Part shown: piece after piece, positions 18,568 through 28,366 of the stretch
Layout of the letters: every line of letters starts with the position of its first letter
Numbering within the stretch: the stretch's first letter is position 1
Made by a program: the position numbers and the translations under genes
Source: Delftia acidovorans NBRC 14950
Lineage (GTDB): Bacteria > Pseudomonadota > Gammaproteobacteria > Burkholderiales > Burkholderiaceae_C
Direction of reading: 5' to 3'
Length of the DNA stretch: 32,000 bases
Assembly (NCBI RefSeq): GCF_001598795.1
Contig: NZ_BCZP01000001.1
Coordinates: forward strand, 570,001 to 602,000
The notes under the pieces: generated by a model
Database searches by the model: none
Told to the model about the DNA's origin: nothing
The model's input: the letters and a program-made list of their open reading frames with translations, nothing else

Positions 18568-19962
18568 ATGAATCTTTCACAACGCGCCCATCGCTGGGCG
18601 ATGCTGCCGCAGCGCCTTCGCGGGATGTTCAACCTGAATGATCCGCGATGGGGACGTGGCGACGACAAGAACGACGATGCTTCGCGCCCCGATGCCGACC
18701 GTCCCGCGCCGCCGCCCCCGCCTGCGGAGCCTGCACGCGACAACCGCGACAGCCGTGACAACCGCCCCTCGTCGGGCGGTGGCCAGCCGCCTGATCTGGA
18801 TGAGCTGTGGCGCGACCTCAACCGCAAGCTCTCGGGCCTGTTCGGCGGCAAGCCGGGCGGCGGCCGTGGCCAGCCGCCCATTCGCAATGGCGGTGGCAGC
18901 CAGCCTCCGGACATGCGCAGCGCCGGCATGGGCGTGGGCCTGATTGCCGGCATTGCCTTCATCATCTGGATGGGCACGGGCATCTTCATCGTCCAGGAAG
19001 GCCAGCAGGCCGTCATCACCCAGTTCGGCAAGTACAAGAGCACGGTGGGCGCCGGCATCAACTGGCGGCTGCCGTACCCGATCCAGCGCCATGAACTGGT
19101 CTTCGTGACGCAGATCCGCTCGGCCGACGTGGGGCGCGACACCATCATCAAGAGCACGGGCCTGCGCGAGTCGGCCATGCTCACCGAGGACGAGAACATC
19201 GTCGAGATCAAGTTCGCCGTCCAGTACCGCCTGAGCGACGCGCGCGCCTGGCTGTTCGAGAGCAAAAACCCGTCCGAGGCCGTGGTCCAGGCCGCAGAGA
19301 CTGCCGTGCGCGAAGTCGTCGGCAAGATGAAGATGGACACGGCGCTGGCCGAGGAGCGCGACCAGATCGCCCCGCGCGTGCGCGACCTGATGCAGACCAT
19401 CCTGGACCGCTACAAGGTGGGCGTGGAAGTCGTGGGCATCAACCTGCAGCAAGGCGGCGTGCGTCCGCCCGAGCAGGTTCAGGCCGCCTTCGACGACGTG
19501 CTGCGTGCCGGCCAGGAGCGTGAGCGTGCCAAGAACGAAGCGCAGGCCTACGCCAACGACGTGGTGCCGCGCGCAGCCGGCTCGGCAGCGCGCCTGCTGG
19601 AAGAGTCCAACGGCTACAAGGCCCGCATCGTGGCCCAGGCCCAGGGTGATGCGCAGCGCTTCAGTTCGGTGTTCACCGAGTACCAGAAGGCGCCCCAGGT
19701 CACGCGCGACCGCATGTACCTGGAAACCATGCAGCAGATCTACGGCAACGTGACCAAGGTGCTGGTTGAATCGCGCCAGGGCTCCAACCTGCTGTACCTG
19801 CCGCTGGACAAGATCATGCAAGGCGTGAGCGGCAATGTGCCGGCAGCCGACAGCTCGGCGGCCCCCAGCACCCAGGCGCCTGCGCCTGCCGCCATTCCCG
19901 GCCTTTCGAACGATGCGCGCAGCCGCGACAGCAGTCGCAGCCGTGACCGCGAAGCACGCTGA
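18568..19962 (+). CDS. hflK: FtsH protease modulator HflK
   Basis: Contains PPDLDELWRDLNRKLSGLFGG and a TM helix (GLIAGIAFIIWMGTGIF). SPFH/band-7 domain (VQEGQQAVITQFGKY...TEDENIVEIKFAVQYR). The low-complexity N-region leaves the start uncertain. In-frame ATGs at 18601 and 18625 (MFNLNDPRWGRG) are alternatives. Confidence 0.9.
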   Translation: MNLSQRAHRWAMLPQRLRGMFNLNDPRWGRGDDKNDDASRPDADRPAPPPPPAEPARDNRDSRDNRPSSGGGQPPDLDELWRDLNRKLSGLFGGKPGGGRGQPPIRNGGGSQPPDMRSAGMGVGLIAGIAFIIWMGTGIFIVQEGQQAVITQFGKYKSTVGAGINWRLPYPIQRHELVFVTQIRSADVGRDTIIKSTGLRESAMLTEDENIVEIKFAVQYRLSDARAWLFESKNPSEAVVQAAETAVREVVGKMKMDTALAEERDQIAPRVRDLMQTILDRYKVGVEVVGINLQQGGVRPPEQVQAAFDDVLRAGQERERAKNEAQAYANDVVPRAAGSAARLLEESNGYKARIVAQAQGDAQRFSSVFTEYQKAPQVTRDRMYLETMQQIYGNVTKVLVESRQGSNLLYLPLDKIMQGVSGNVPAADSSAAPSTQAPAPAAIPGLSNDARSRDSSRSRDREAR

Positions 19963-19974
19963 GGAGCAGCCCAA

Positions 19975-20865
19975 GTGAACCGAGTTGGATTTTTCATCAC
20001 CAGCATTCTTCTGGCGCTCGCGCTGCTCAGCTCCATGCTGTTCGTCGTCGATCAGCGCCAGTTCGGCGTGGTCTATGCCCTGGGTCAGATCAAGGAAGTG
20101 ATCACCGAGCCGGGCCTGAACATCAAGATGCCGCCGCCGTTCCAGAACGTGCGCTACATCGACAAGCGCCTGCTCACGCTGGACAGCACCGACACCGAGC
20201 CCATGCTCACTGCCGAAAAGCAGCGCGTGGTCATCGACTGGTACGTGCGCTGGCGCATCTCCGATCCGTCGGAGTACATCCGCAATGTGGGCCTTGACGA
20301 GTCGGCTGGCGCCATGCAGCTCAACCGCGTGGTGCGCAATGCCTTCCAGGAGGAAATCAACCGCCGCACCGTGCGCGAACTGCTGTCCAGCAAGCGCGAT
20401 GCGCTGATGAACGACGTCAAGCGCGAAGTGCTGGAGACCGTGCGCGGCGCCAAGCCCTGGGGCGTGGACGTGGTCGATGTGCGCATCACGCGCGTGGACT
20501 ATGCCGAGACGATCACGGAATCGGTCTACCGCCGCATGGAAGCCGAGCGCAAGCGCGTGGCCAACGAGCTGCGCTCCACCGGCGCCGCCGAAGGCGAGAA
20601 GATCCGCGCCGAGGCCGATCGCCAGCGCGAGATCACCATCGCCAATGCCTACCGTGATGCCCAGAAGATCAAGGGCGAGGGCGATGCAGAAGCCGCCCGG
20701 ACCTACGCCGAGGCCTTTGGCAAGGACCCGCAGTTTGCGCAGTTCTACCGCAGCTTGGAGGCCTACAAGGCCAGCTTTGCCAAGAAGAGCGATGTGCTCG
20801 TGCTCGATCCTTCGCAGACCGATTTCTTCAAGGCCTACCGCAGTGGTGGAAGCTCTGGAAAATAA
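19975..20865 (+). CDS. hflC: FtsH protease modulator HflC
   Basis: N-terminal TM helix ([18 protein letters not shown]). SPFH domain ([30 protein letters not shown]...). C-terminal [23 protein letters not shown] start with a GAGGAG SD 7 nt upstream. Confidence 0.93.
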   Translation: MNRVGFFITSILLALALLSSMLFVVDQRQFGVVYALGQIKEVITEPGLNIKMPPPFQNVRYIDKRLLTLDSTDTEPMLTAEKQRVVIDWYVRWRISDPSEYIRNVGLDESAGAMQLNRVVRNAFQEEINRRTVRELLSSKRDALMNDVKREVLETVRGAKPWGVDVVDVRITRVDYAETITESVYRRMEAERKRVANELRSTGAAEGEKIRAEADRQREITIANAYRDAQKIKGEGDAEAARTYAEAFGKDPQFAQFYRSLEAYKASFAKKSDVLVLDPSQTDFFKAYRSGGSSGK

Positions 20866-20899
20866 GCGCGCCTGAGCGGCAACGCCGCCCGGCCCCTGC

Positions 20900-20930
20900 A
20901 CGGCGCCCCTGTTGGGGCGCCGTTTTTTCT
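20900..20930 (+). terminator. strong rho-independent terminator after hflC
   Basis: ACGGCGCCCC (20900-20909), loop TGTT, GGGGCGCCGT (20914-23), followed by TTTTTCT. The 10-bp stem is perfect. Confidence 0.88.
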
Positions 20931-20954
20931 TGCGCCGCCGCTGTCGCCCGTGCA

Positions 20955-20968
20955 CCGAATCGATTCGG
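20955..20968. promoter_or_regulatory. perfect 14-bp palindrome CCGAATCGATTCGG (candidate operator/activator site upstream of hisZ)
   Basis: Read directly from the sequence. A third half-site, CCGAAC, lies at 20973-20978. The palindrome is centred about 60 bp upstream of the candidate -35 of hisZ. Confidence 0.4.
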
Positions 20969-21008
20969 AATACCGAACACCCGCCGTGGGCCTTGGGTCA
21001 CCCCCAAT

Positions 21009-21037
21009 TTGGGCTGGCCCGCAACAGCCGGTAGAAT
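21009..21037 (+). promoter_or_regulatory. candidate sigma-70 promoter for hisZ-purA (TTGGGC-17 nt-TAGAAT)
   Basis: -35-like TTGGGC at 21009-21014, an exact 17-nt spacer, and -10 TAGAAT at 21032-21037. It lies about 29 nt upstream of the hisZ ATG and downstream of the strong hflC terminator. Confidence 0.45.
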
Positions 21038-21065
21038 CACGTTTTTAACAGCCTCCCCCTTTTCC

Positions 21066-22214
21066 ATGTCTGCTTGGGTCCTGCCGGATCACATCGCCGA
21101 TGTCTTGCCTTCCGAGGCCCGGCACATCGAAGAATTGCGTCGAGGCCTGCTCGATACAGCGCGTGGCTATGGCTATGAACTGGTCATGCCGCCCATGCTG
21201 GAGTACCTCGAATCCCTGCTCACCGGCACAGGGGAGGCGCTGGACCTGCAGACCTGCAAGCTCATCGACCAGCTGACAGGCCGCACCATGGGTCTGCGTG
21301 CAGACACCACGCAGCAGGTGGCCCGCATCGATGCCCATCTGCTCAACCGCAAGGGCCTCACGCGCCTGTGCTACTGCGGCCCCGTCGTCCATGCCCGCCC
21401 TGACCGCCCCCGCGCCACGCGCGAGCCGCTGCAGTTCGGTGCCGAAATCTACGGCCACCAGGGCATGGAAGCCGACCTGGAGGCACTGCACCTGGCGCTG
21501 GACTGCCTGCGCAGCGCAGGCGTCACCAACATCAATGTCGATCTGGCCGATGTGCGCATCGTGCGCAGCCTGCTGGCTGGCGTGATGGTGGACATGCAGG
21601 TGCTGCGCGGCGTGCACGCTGCGCTGGCCGCCAAGGATGCGAGCGAGCTCGAGCGCCTCACGCGCGACTTCCCTGCCGCCTCGCGCGAAGGCCTGATGGC
21701 CCTGCTGCAGCTGTACGGCGGCATCGAGGTGCTGGACCGCGCCGAGAAGCTGCTGGCCCGCACCGCAGGCGTGCAGCCTCTGCTGGACCAGCTGAGCTGG
21801 CTGGCGCAGCGCCTCGAAGGCGTGAGCGTGAGCTTCGATCTGGCCGATCTGCGCGGCTATGCCTACTACAGCGGCACGCGCTTCGCCATCTATGTGCCGG
21901 GTGCCAGCGATGCGCTGGTGCGCGGCGGCCGCTATGACGAGGTGGGTGCGGTCTTTGGCCGCAACCGGCCCGCCGCCGGCTTCAGCCTGGACATCAAGCA
22001 GCTCGTCGCCGTCGTGCCCGAGCGCCCGCTCAAGGCTGCCATCCGCGCGCCCTGGGGCGACGATCCCCAGGTTGCGGCTGCCATTGCTGCATTGCGCCGG
22101 CAGGGCGAGACCGTGGTCTGCGTGCTGCCAGGGCATGAAAGCGAAGTGGACGAATTCCACTGCGACCGCGAGCTCGTGCAGGTTGCCGGGCAGTGGGCCG
22201 TGCAAGCCATCTGA
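21066..22214 (+). CDS. hisZ: ATP phosphoribosyltransferase regulatory subunit HisZ
   Basis: [51 protein letters not shown], a HisRS-like core lacking the anticodon domain. Also contains [14 protein letters not shown] and GGRYDEVG. The position before purA is conserved in beta- and gammaproteobacteria. There is no obvious SD. Confidence 0.9.
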   Translation: MSAWVLPDHIADVLPSEARHIEELRRGLLDTARGYGYELVMPPMLEYLESLLTGTGEALDLQTCKLIDQLTGRTMGLRADTTQQVARIDAHLLNRKGLTRLCYCGPVVHARPDRPRATREPLQFGAEIYGHQGMEADLEALHLALDCLRSAGVTNINVDLADVRIVRSLLAGVMVDMQVLRGVHAALAAKDASELERLTRDFPAASREGLMALLQLYGGIEVLDRAEKLLARTAGVQPLLDQLSWLAQRLEGVSVSFDLADLRGYAYYSGTRFAIYVPGASDALVRGGRYDEVGAVFGRNRPAAGFSLDIKQLVAVVPERPLKAAIRAPWGDDPQVAAAIAALRRQGETVVCVLPGHESEVDEFHCDRELVQVAGQWAVQAI

Positions 22215-23630
<1,416 letters not shown>

Positions 23631-23673
23631 ACCACTGGCGGCTGAACCCCAAGATTGAACCAGGAGCCATTCC

Positions 23674-24198
23674 ATGCTGACGGAAGACGGTCAACACCTG
23701 TATGTGAGCTACGACGAATACCACGGACTGATCGAAAAGCTCGCGATCAAAGTGCACCAGTCCGGCTGGGAATTCGACACCATTCTCTGCCTGGCCCGTG
23801 GCGGCCTGCGTCCCGGTGACATGCTCAGCCGCATCTTCGACAAGCCGCTGGCCATCATGTCCACCAGCTCCTACCGCGCCGAAGCCGGCACGGTGCAGGG
23901 CCATCTGGACATCGCGCGCTTCATCACCACGCCCAAGGGCGAGATCGCCGGCCGCGTGCTGCTGGTCGATGACCTGGCCGATTCGGGTCACACGCTGAAC
24001 GCCGTGATCGCCATGCTCAAGACCAACTACCCGCCGATCACCGAGCTGCGCAGCGCCGTGATCTGGACCAAGGGCCTGTCGGCTTTCACGCCCGACTACT
24101 CGGTGGACTACCTGCCGACCAACCCCTGGATCCACCAGCCCTTCGAGCACTACGACACCCTGCGTCCCGAAAAGCTCATGGAGAAGTGGAAGATCTGA
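23674..24198 (+). CDS. phosphoribosyltransferase (purine PRT-like, type I fold)
   Basis: PRPP-binding loop VLLVDDLADSGHTL, with CLARGGLRPGDMLS upstream. 174 aa. AGGAG SD 7 nt upstream. Substrate cannot be assigned from the sequence. Confidence 0.85.
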   Translation: MLTEDGQHLYVSYDEYHGLIEKLAIKVHQSGWEFDTILCLARGGLRPGDMLSRIFDKPLAIMSTSSYRAEAGTVQGHLDIARFITTPKGEIAGRVLLVDDLADSGHTLNAVIAMLKTNYPPITELRSAVIWTKGLSAFTPDYSVDYLPTNPWIHQPFEHYDTLRPEKLMEKWKI

Positions 24199-24229
24199 TC
24201 GCCACTGCGCCTTTGGGTGCATGCCAGCG

Positions 24230-24258
24230 AAGGGAGCCTGTCGGCTCCCTTTTTCGTT
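24230..24258 (+). terminator. rho-independent terminator after the phosphoribosyltransferase gene
   Basis: AAGGGAGCC (24230-24238), loop TGTC, GGCTCCCTT (24243-24251), followed by TTTCGTT. Confidence 0.85.
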
Positions 24259-24449
24259 GTGGCGGGTATTTCCATGCGCCGTTGTCATGCCTTGATGCAA
24301 GTCATGGATTGGCGCGCTTGCCGCGATATCTCGGGCCAACGTCGCGCAAATGTCGGTTTTTTGCACAGCAGCAAAAGCCGATGCCCCAGAGCGTCCGAGG
24401 GGCTGATTGGCGCAGCTACACTGCGCAGATTCTCAGAAGGTGGTGCTTT

Positions 24450-25613
24450 GTGAAACGTCTTTCCGTCGGGCGCTTGAGCGCGGCTGTGGCTTTGGTTGTA
24501 GGCGGCGGTGCGCTGGCCTGGCTGGCCGTGGCATCCCTGCCCGGATCCAAATCGGCCCGCGCGGCCTCGGCCACGTCTGCTGCCGTGCAGGCGCAAGCCG
24601 CATCGGCCCAGGCGGCCGCCGTTCCTGCCGCGCCTTCCGTTCCCTCGGCTACGGCCGCTCCCGCGGCCCCGGTCGCGCGTGTCACGCCGCCACCGCAGAC
24701 CCAGGGCCCCACGCCCATCTTTGTGCTCAACTCGCTTGATGCCAACATCAGTATCGTGGACCCGGTCACCTGGCAGGAGACGGCACGCATTCCCACAGGC
24801 AAGGAGCCGCATCACCTGTACCTCACGCCGGACGAGAAATCGCTGGTCGTGGCCAATGCGCTGGGCGACACCCTGACCCTGGTCGATCCGCGCACGGGCG
24901 AGGTGCAGCGCGTGATCCGCGACATCATCGATCCCTATCACCTGCGCTTCAGCCCGGACATGAAGTGGTTCGTCACGGCGGCCAACCGCCTCAACCACAT
25001 CGACATCTACCGCTGGGATGGCCAGAACCCGCAGCTGGTCAAGCGCGTGCCCACGGGCAAGACGCCCAGCCATCTCTGGATCGATGCCAAGAGCACGACC
25101 ATCTATTCCACCATGCAGGACAGCGATGCCCTGGTGGCCATCGACATCGCCACCCAGACCATCAAGGCCCGCGTGCCCACCGGCCCCATGCCGGCCGATC
25201 TCTATGGCAGCCCGGACGGCACCAAGCTGTTCATCGGCCTGACCGGCAGCGATGGCGTGGAAGTGTTCGACGTCACCGGCCCCGAGCCGCGCAGCGTGGC
25301 CCGCATCAAGACAGCCGCTGGCGCCCACGCCATGCGCGCCGCCGGCGACGGCCGCCACCTGTATGTGAGCAACCGCGTGGCCAACACCATCAGCAAGATC
25401 GACATGCAGACCAACCAGGTCGTGGCCAACTACCCGGCACCGGGCGGCCCCGACTGCATGGACGTCTCCGCCGACGGCCGCTACCTGCTGGTCAGCTCGC
25501 GCTGGGCGCGCAAGCTGTCGGTGATCGACACCGTGGAAAAGAAGGTGGTCCAGCAGGTCAAGGTCGGCAAGTCGCCGCACGGCGTATGGACGCTGGCCCA
25601 CGCGCAACGCTGA
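24450..25613 (+). CDS. exported YVTN-family beta-propeller repeat protein
   Basis: GTG 24450 has an AAGGTGG SD 6 nt upstream. Signal/anchor sequence MKRLSVGRLSAAVALVVGGGALAWLAVA, then an Ala/Gln/Pro linker. About 40-residue repeats follow (ISIVDPVTWQETARIPTGKEPHHLYLTPDEKSLVVAN; TLVDPRTGEV; LVAIDIATQTIKARVPTG; ISKIDMQTNQVV; LSVIDTVEKKVVQQVKVGKSPHG). Confidence 0.8.
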   Translation: MKRLSVGRLSAAVALVVGGGALAWLAVASLPGSKSARAASATSAAVQAQAASAQAAAVPAAPSVPSATAAPAAPVARVTPPPQTQGPTPIFVLNSLDANISIVDPVTWQETARIPTGKEPHHLYLTPDEKSLVVANALGDTLTLVDPRTGEVQRVIRDIIDPYHLRFSPDMKWFVTAANRLNHIDIYRWDGQNPQLVKRVPTGKTPSHLWIDAKSTTIYSTMQDSDALVAIDIATQTIKARVPTGPMPADLYGSPDGTKLFIGLTGSDGVEVFDVTGPEPRSVARIKTAAGAHAMRAAGDGRHLYVSNRVANTISKIDMQTNQVVANYPAPGGPDCMDVSADGRYLLVSSRWARKLSVIDTVEKKVVQQVKVGKSPHGVWTLAHAQR

Positions 25614-26431
25614 TGGACCGCCGTCTCTTTGCGCAATCGCTGGCCGGTGCGGCGGCTTTCGGCCTGCTGCGCCCCGCGCTGGCGGCAGGGCAGGGCACAG
25701 GCTGTGCCAAGACCGTGTATCTGACCTTCGACACGGGCCACATGGGCATTGCCGACCTGGTGGCCGATGTGCTCAAGCGCCATGCGGTGCCAGTGACGTT
25801 TTTCGCGGCCAATGAGCCCACCCAGCAAGGCGATGGCAGCCTGGGCGAGACCTGGGCGCCCTGGTGGCGCGCACGCGCTGCCGAAGGCCATGAATTCGCC
25901 TCGCACACCTACGACCACATGTACTGGCGCGGTGATCTGCGCGCCTCGAAGAACGGGCCGGTCACGGGTTTTCGCGTGCGCCCCTCGGCAGGGCCTCGCG
26001 CCAACGAGAACTTCACGGTCGATGCGGCAGGCTATTGCGACGAGATCCGCCGATCCGCACAGCGGCTGCAGCAGATCACCGGACGCAAGCCTCTGCCGCT
26101 GTTCCGTGCGCCCGGCGGCAAGACTTCGCCCGCGCTGCTGGATGCCGCGCGGCAGGGCGGCTATATGCATGTGGGCTGGGCCAGCGCGGGTTTTCTGGGC
26201 GATGAGCTGCCCAGCGACCGCTACCCGAATGCGCAGCTGCTGGCCCAGGCGCTCAAGAACATCCGCAGCGGAGACATCCTGCTGGCCCATCTGGGCATCT
26301 GGTCACGCAAGGACCCCTGGGCACCGGCCGTGTTGGAACCTTTGGTCACGGGCCTGCTCAAGCAGGGGTTCTGCTTCCGCACGCTGCGGGAGCATCCCGA
26401 CTATCGGGATTGGGTAGCAAAATTCGCATAG
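25613..26431 (+). CDS. polysaccharide deacetylase (NodB homology / CE4) family protein with Tat-type signal
   Basis: The start overlaps the upstream stop (TGATG). MDRRLFAQSLAGAAAFGLLRPALAAG has an RR-x-F twin-arginine motif and an AxA cleavage site. NodB-like motifs: YLTFDTGH, SHTYDH, LFRAPGG and ILLAHL. Confidence 0.8.
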   Translation: MDRRLFAQSLAGAAAFGLLRPALAAGQGTGCAKTVYLTFDTGHMGIADLVADVLKRHAVPVTFFAANEPTQQGDGSLGETWAPWWRARAAEGHEFASHTYDHMYWRGDLRASKNGPVTGFRVRPSAGPRANENFTVDAAGYCDEIRRSAQRLQQITGRKPLPLFRAPGGKTSPALLDAARQGGYMHVGWASAGFLGDELPSDRYPNAQLLAQALKNIRSGDILLAHLGIWSRKDPWAPAVLEPLVTGLLKQGFCFRTLREHPDYRDWVAKFA

Positions 26432-26470
26432 TGTCCGCGCGCGCAGCGCGGCGGGCGATGGGAGCGTGGT

Positions 26471-27451
26471 GTGGACTGGTGGATTCAGTGGTTCGGTAAT
26501 GCGCAGCAGCGCCTGTTCGAGGGCGTTGTCCAGCCCCTGCTGTTCGGCCTGGGGCAGGCCAGCCTGCTGGAGGACGCCTATGGCGCCACGGGCTGGCTGC
26601 TGGTGGGCCTGCTGCAGATCTTCATCATGGTGGCGGTGATCGCGCCGCTGCAGTACTGGCGGCCCGTCGAGCCCGTCACCGACCGGCGCGCCATCCACGT
26701 GGACATCATCTACACCGTGGTCCATCGGCTGGGCCTGTTCCGGCTTGCCCTGTTCTTCACGCTGGACCCGCTGTGGGACGAGCTCATGGGCCGCCTGCAT
26801 GTCTGGGGGCTGCCGAGCTTTCACCTCGACGGCGTGTGGCCCGGCGTCACCGACCTGGCCTGGGTCAGCCTGATCATCTACCTGCTGGCCTTCGACTTCC
26901 TGGACTACTGGATACACCGCGGCCAGCACAGCATCGGCTGGTGGTGGAAGCTGCATGCGCTGCACCACTCGCAGCGCCAGATGACGGTGTGGAGCGACAA
27001 CCGCAACCACCTGCTCGACGATGTCATCCGCGACACCATCATCGTGCTCGTGGCCCAGCTCATCGGCGTGGCGCCGGGCCAGTTCGTGGCCATCGTGGCC
27101 TTCACCCAGCTCAGCGAGAGCTTCCAGCACGCCAACCTGCGCGTCTGGTTCGGCACCATCGGAGAGCGGCTGTGGATCAGCCCCCGCTTTCACCGCCGCC
27201 ACCACGCCATCGGCATTGGCCACGAGCCCATGGCGCCCGTGCGCAACAAGAAGGCGCATGGCAACAACTTCGGCGTGCTCCTGCCCTGGTGGGACATGCT
27301 GTTCGGCACCGCCAACTTCGAGCTGCGCTTCGATCCCACCGGCGTGCGCGACCAGGTCCAGCCCAATGCCCAGGGCCAGCTGCGCGACTACGGCCAGGGC
27401 TTTTGGGCCCAGCAATGGCGTGGGTTCCTAAGGTTGATGGGTCGCGCTTGA
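26471..27451 (+). CDS. fatty acid hydroxylase / sterol desaturase superfamily integral membrane protein
   Basis: Three histidine boxes of the di-iron membrane hydroxylase family: HRGQH, HALHH and HRRHH. Multiple hydrophobic segments. GTG start with GGGAG upstream. Confidence 0.85.
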   Translation: MDWWIQWFGNAQQRLFEGVVQPLLFGLGQASLLEDAYGATGWLLVGLLQIFIMVAVIAPLQYWRPVEPVTDRRAIHVDIIYTVVHRLGLFRLALFFTLDPLWDELMGRLHVWGLPSFHLDGVWPGVTDLAWVSLIIYLLAFDFLDYWIHRGQHSIGWWWKLHALHHSQRQMTVWSDNRNHLLDDVIRDTIIVLVAQLIGVAPGQFVAIVAFTQLSESFQHANLRVWFGTIGERLWISPRFHRRHHAIGIGHEPMAPVRNKKAHGNNFGVLLPWWDMLFGTANFELRFDPTGVRDQVQPNAQGQLRDYGQGFWAQQWRGFLRLMGRA

Positions 27452-27466
27452 GGCTGGGCTCGGGGT

Positions 27467-28366
27467 ATGCTTGCCAGCATGGGCTTGCTACTCGATTCCT
27501 TCTGGCGTGCGACGGCGTATTGCCTGCATAAGCGGGTGATTGCATGGTCGCTGTTTCCCTTGCTGTTCATGGCCATCACGGCCTGGCTGCTGGGCTATTT
27601 CTTCTGGGCCGATGCCGTCGTCTGGACGGAAGGGGTCCTGCAGGGCGTGGGCTGGCTGCACACCGTCTGGTCCTGGATGGGCGTGCAATCGCTGCCCGAG
27701 CTGGTGGCGCCGGTGCTGGTCGTGCTCTCGGTCACGCCGGTGCTGGTCGTGGTCTCGCTGCTGCTGGTGGCGCTGTTCATGACGCCGGCCCTGGTCGAGC
27801 TGGTGGCCCAGCGGCGTTTTCCCGCGCTGGAGCGCAGGCAGGGCGCCACCCTGGTCGGCAGCCTGGTGTGGTCCGCAGGCTCTTCGCTGATTGCCTTGAT
27901 CGCGCTGCTGGTGTCGGTGCCGCTGTGGTTCGTGCCGCCCTTGGTGGTGGTGATCCCGCCGCTGATCTGGGGCTGGCTGACCTACCGCGTCATGGCCTTT
28001 GACGCGCTTTCTGCCCACGCCAGCAAGCCCGAGCGCCGCAGCCTTTTCCTGCGCCACCGCCTGGCGCTGATGCTCATGGGCGTGGTCTGCGGCTATCTGG
28101 GCGCGGCGCCGGCCATTGTCTGGGCCTCCGGCGTGGTCTTTATCGCGGCCTTCTGGATACTGATTCCGGTGGCCATCTGGATCTATGCGCTGATCTTCGC
28201 TTTCTCCTCGCTGTGGTTTGCCCACTTCTGCCTGGCCGCGCTGCAGCGCATGCGCGAGGAGGAACCGGCGCTGCCCGACACCCCCATCGTGCCCTACGCT
28301 CCCGACGCGCCGCTCGGAGCCGGCGCGGCCTCTCCCCCCTCCACCCCGCAAGAAAAGACCTCATGA
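27467..28366 (+). CDS. EI24/CysZ-like polytopic membrane protein
   Basis: N-terminus LLLDSFWRATAYCLHKRVI is followed by about 6 hydrophobic helices (for example LFPLLFMAITAWLLGYFFW, VPLWFVPPLVVVIPPLIWGWLTY, FWILIPVAIWIYALIFAF). The family call comes from memory of EI24-domain proteins. ATG 27479 is an alternative start. Confidence 0.6.
   Translation: MLASMGLLLDSFWRATAYCLHKRVIAWSLFPLLFMAITAWLLGYFFWADAVVWTEGVLQGVGWLHTVWSWMGVQSLPELVAPVLVVLSVTPVLVVVSLLLVALFMTPALVELVAQRRFPALERRQGATLVGSLVWSAGSSLIALIALLVSVPLWFVPPLVVVIPPLIWGWLTYRVMAFDALSAHASKPERRSLFLRHRLALMLMGVVCGYLGAAPAIVWASGVVFIAAFWILIPVAIWIYALIFAFSSLWFAHFCLAALQRMREEEPALPDTPIVPYAPDAPLGAGAASPPSTPQEKTS

Noticed and set aside
18577-20955. 792-aa minus-strand ORF antisense to hflK and hflC
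   Set aside because: Same reasoning as above. It is low-complexity and Arg/Ala/Gly-rich, runs through the hflC terminator, and has no motifs. The plus-strand genes are clearly real.
24186-24449. Upstream extension of the YVTN ORF (track start 24186; also ATG 24381)
   Set aside because: The extension overlaps the end of the phosphoribosyltransferase gene and reads straight through a strong terminator hairpin. GTG 24450 has a good AAGGTGG SD and starts a typical signal sequence.
24965-25612. In-frame 216-codon upstream extension of the deacetylase ORF (488 aa in the track)
   Set aside because: The extension overlaps the YVTN gene in another frame and translates to Arg/Pro/Gly/His-rich nonsense. 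A Tat signal peptide begins exactly at ATG 25613, which overlaps the upstream stop.
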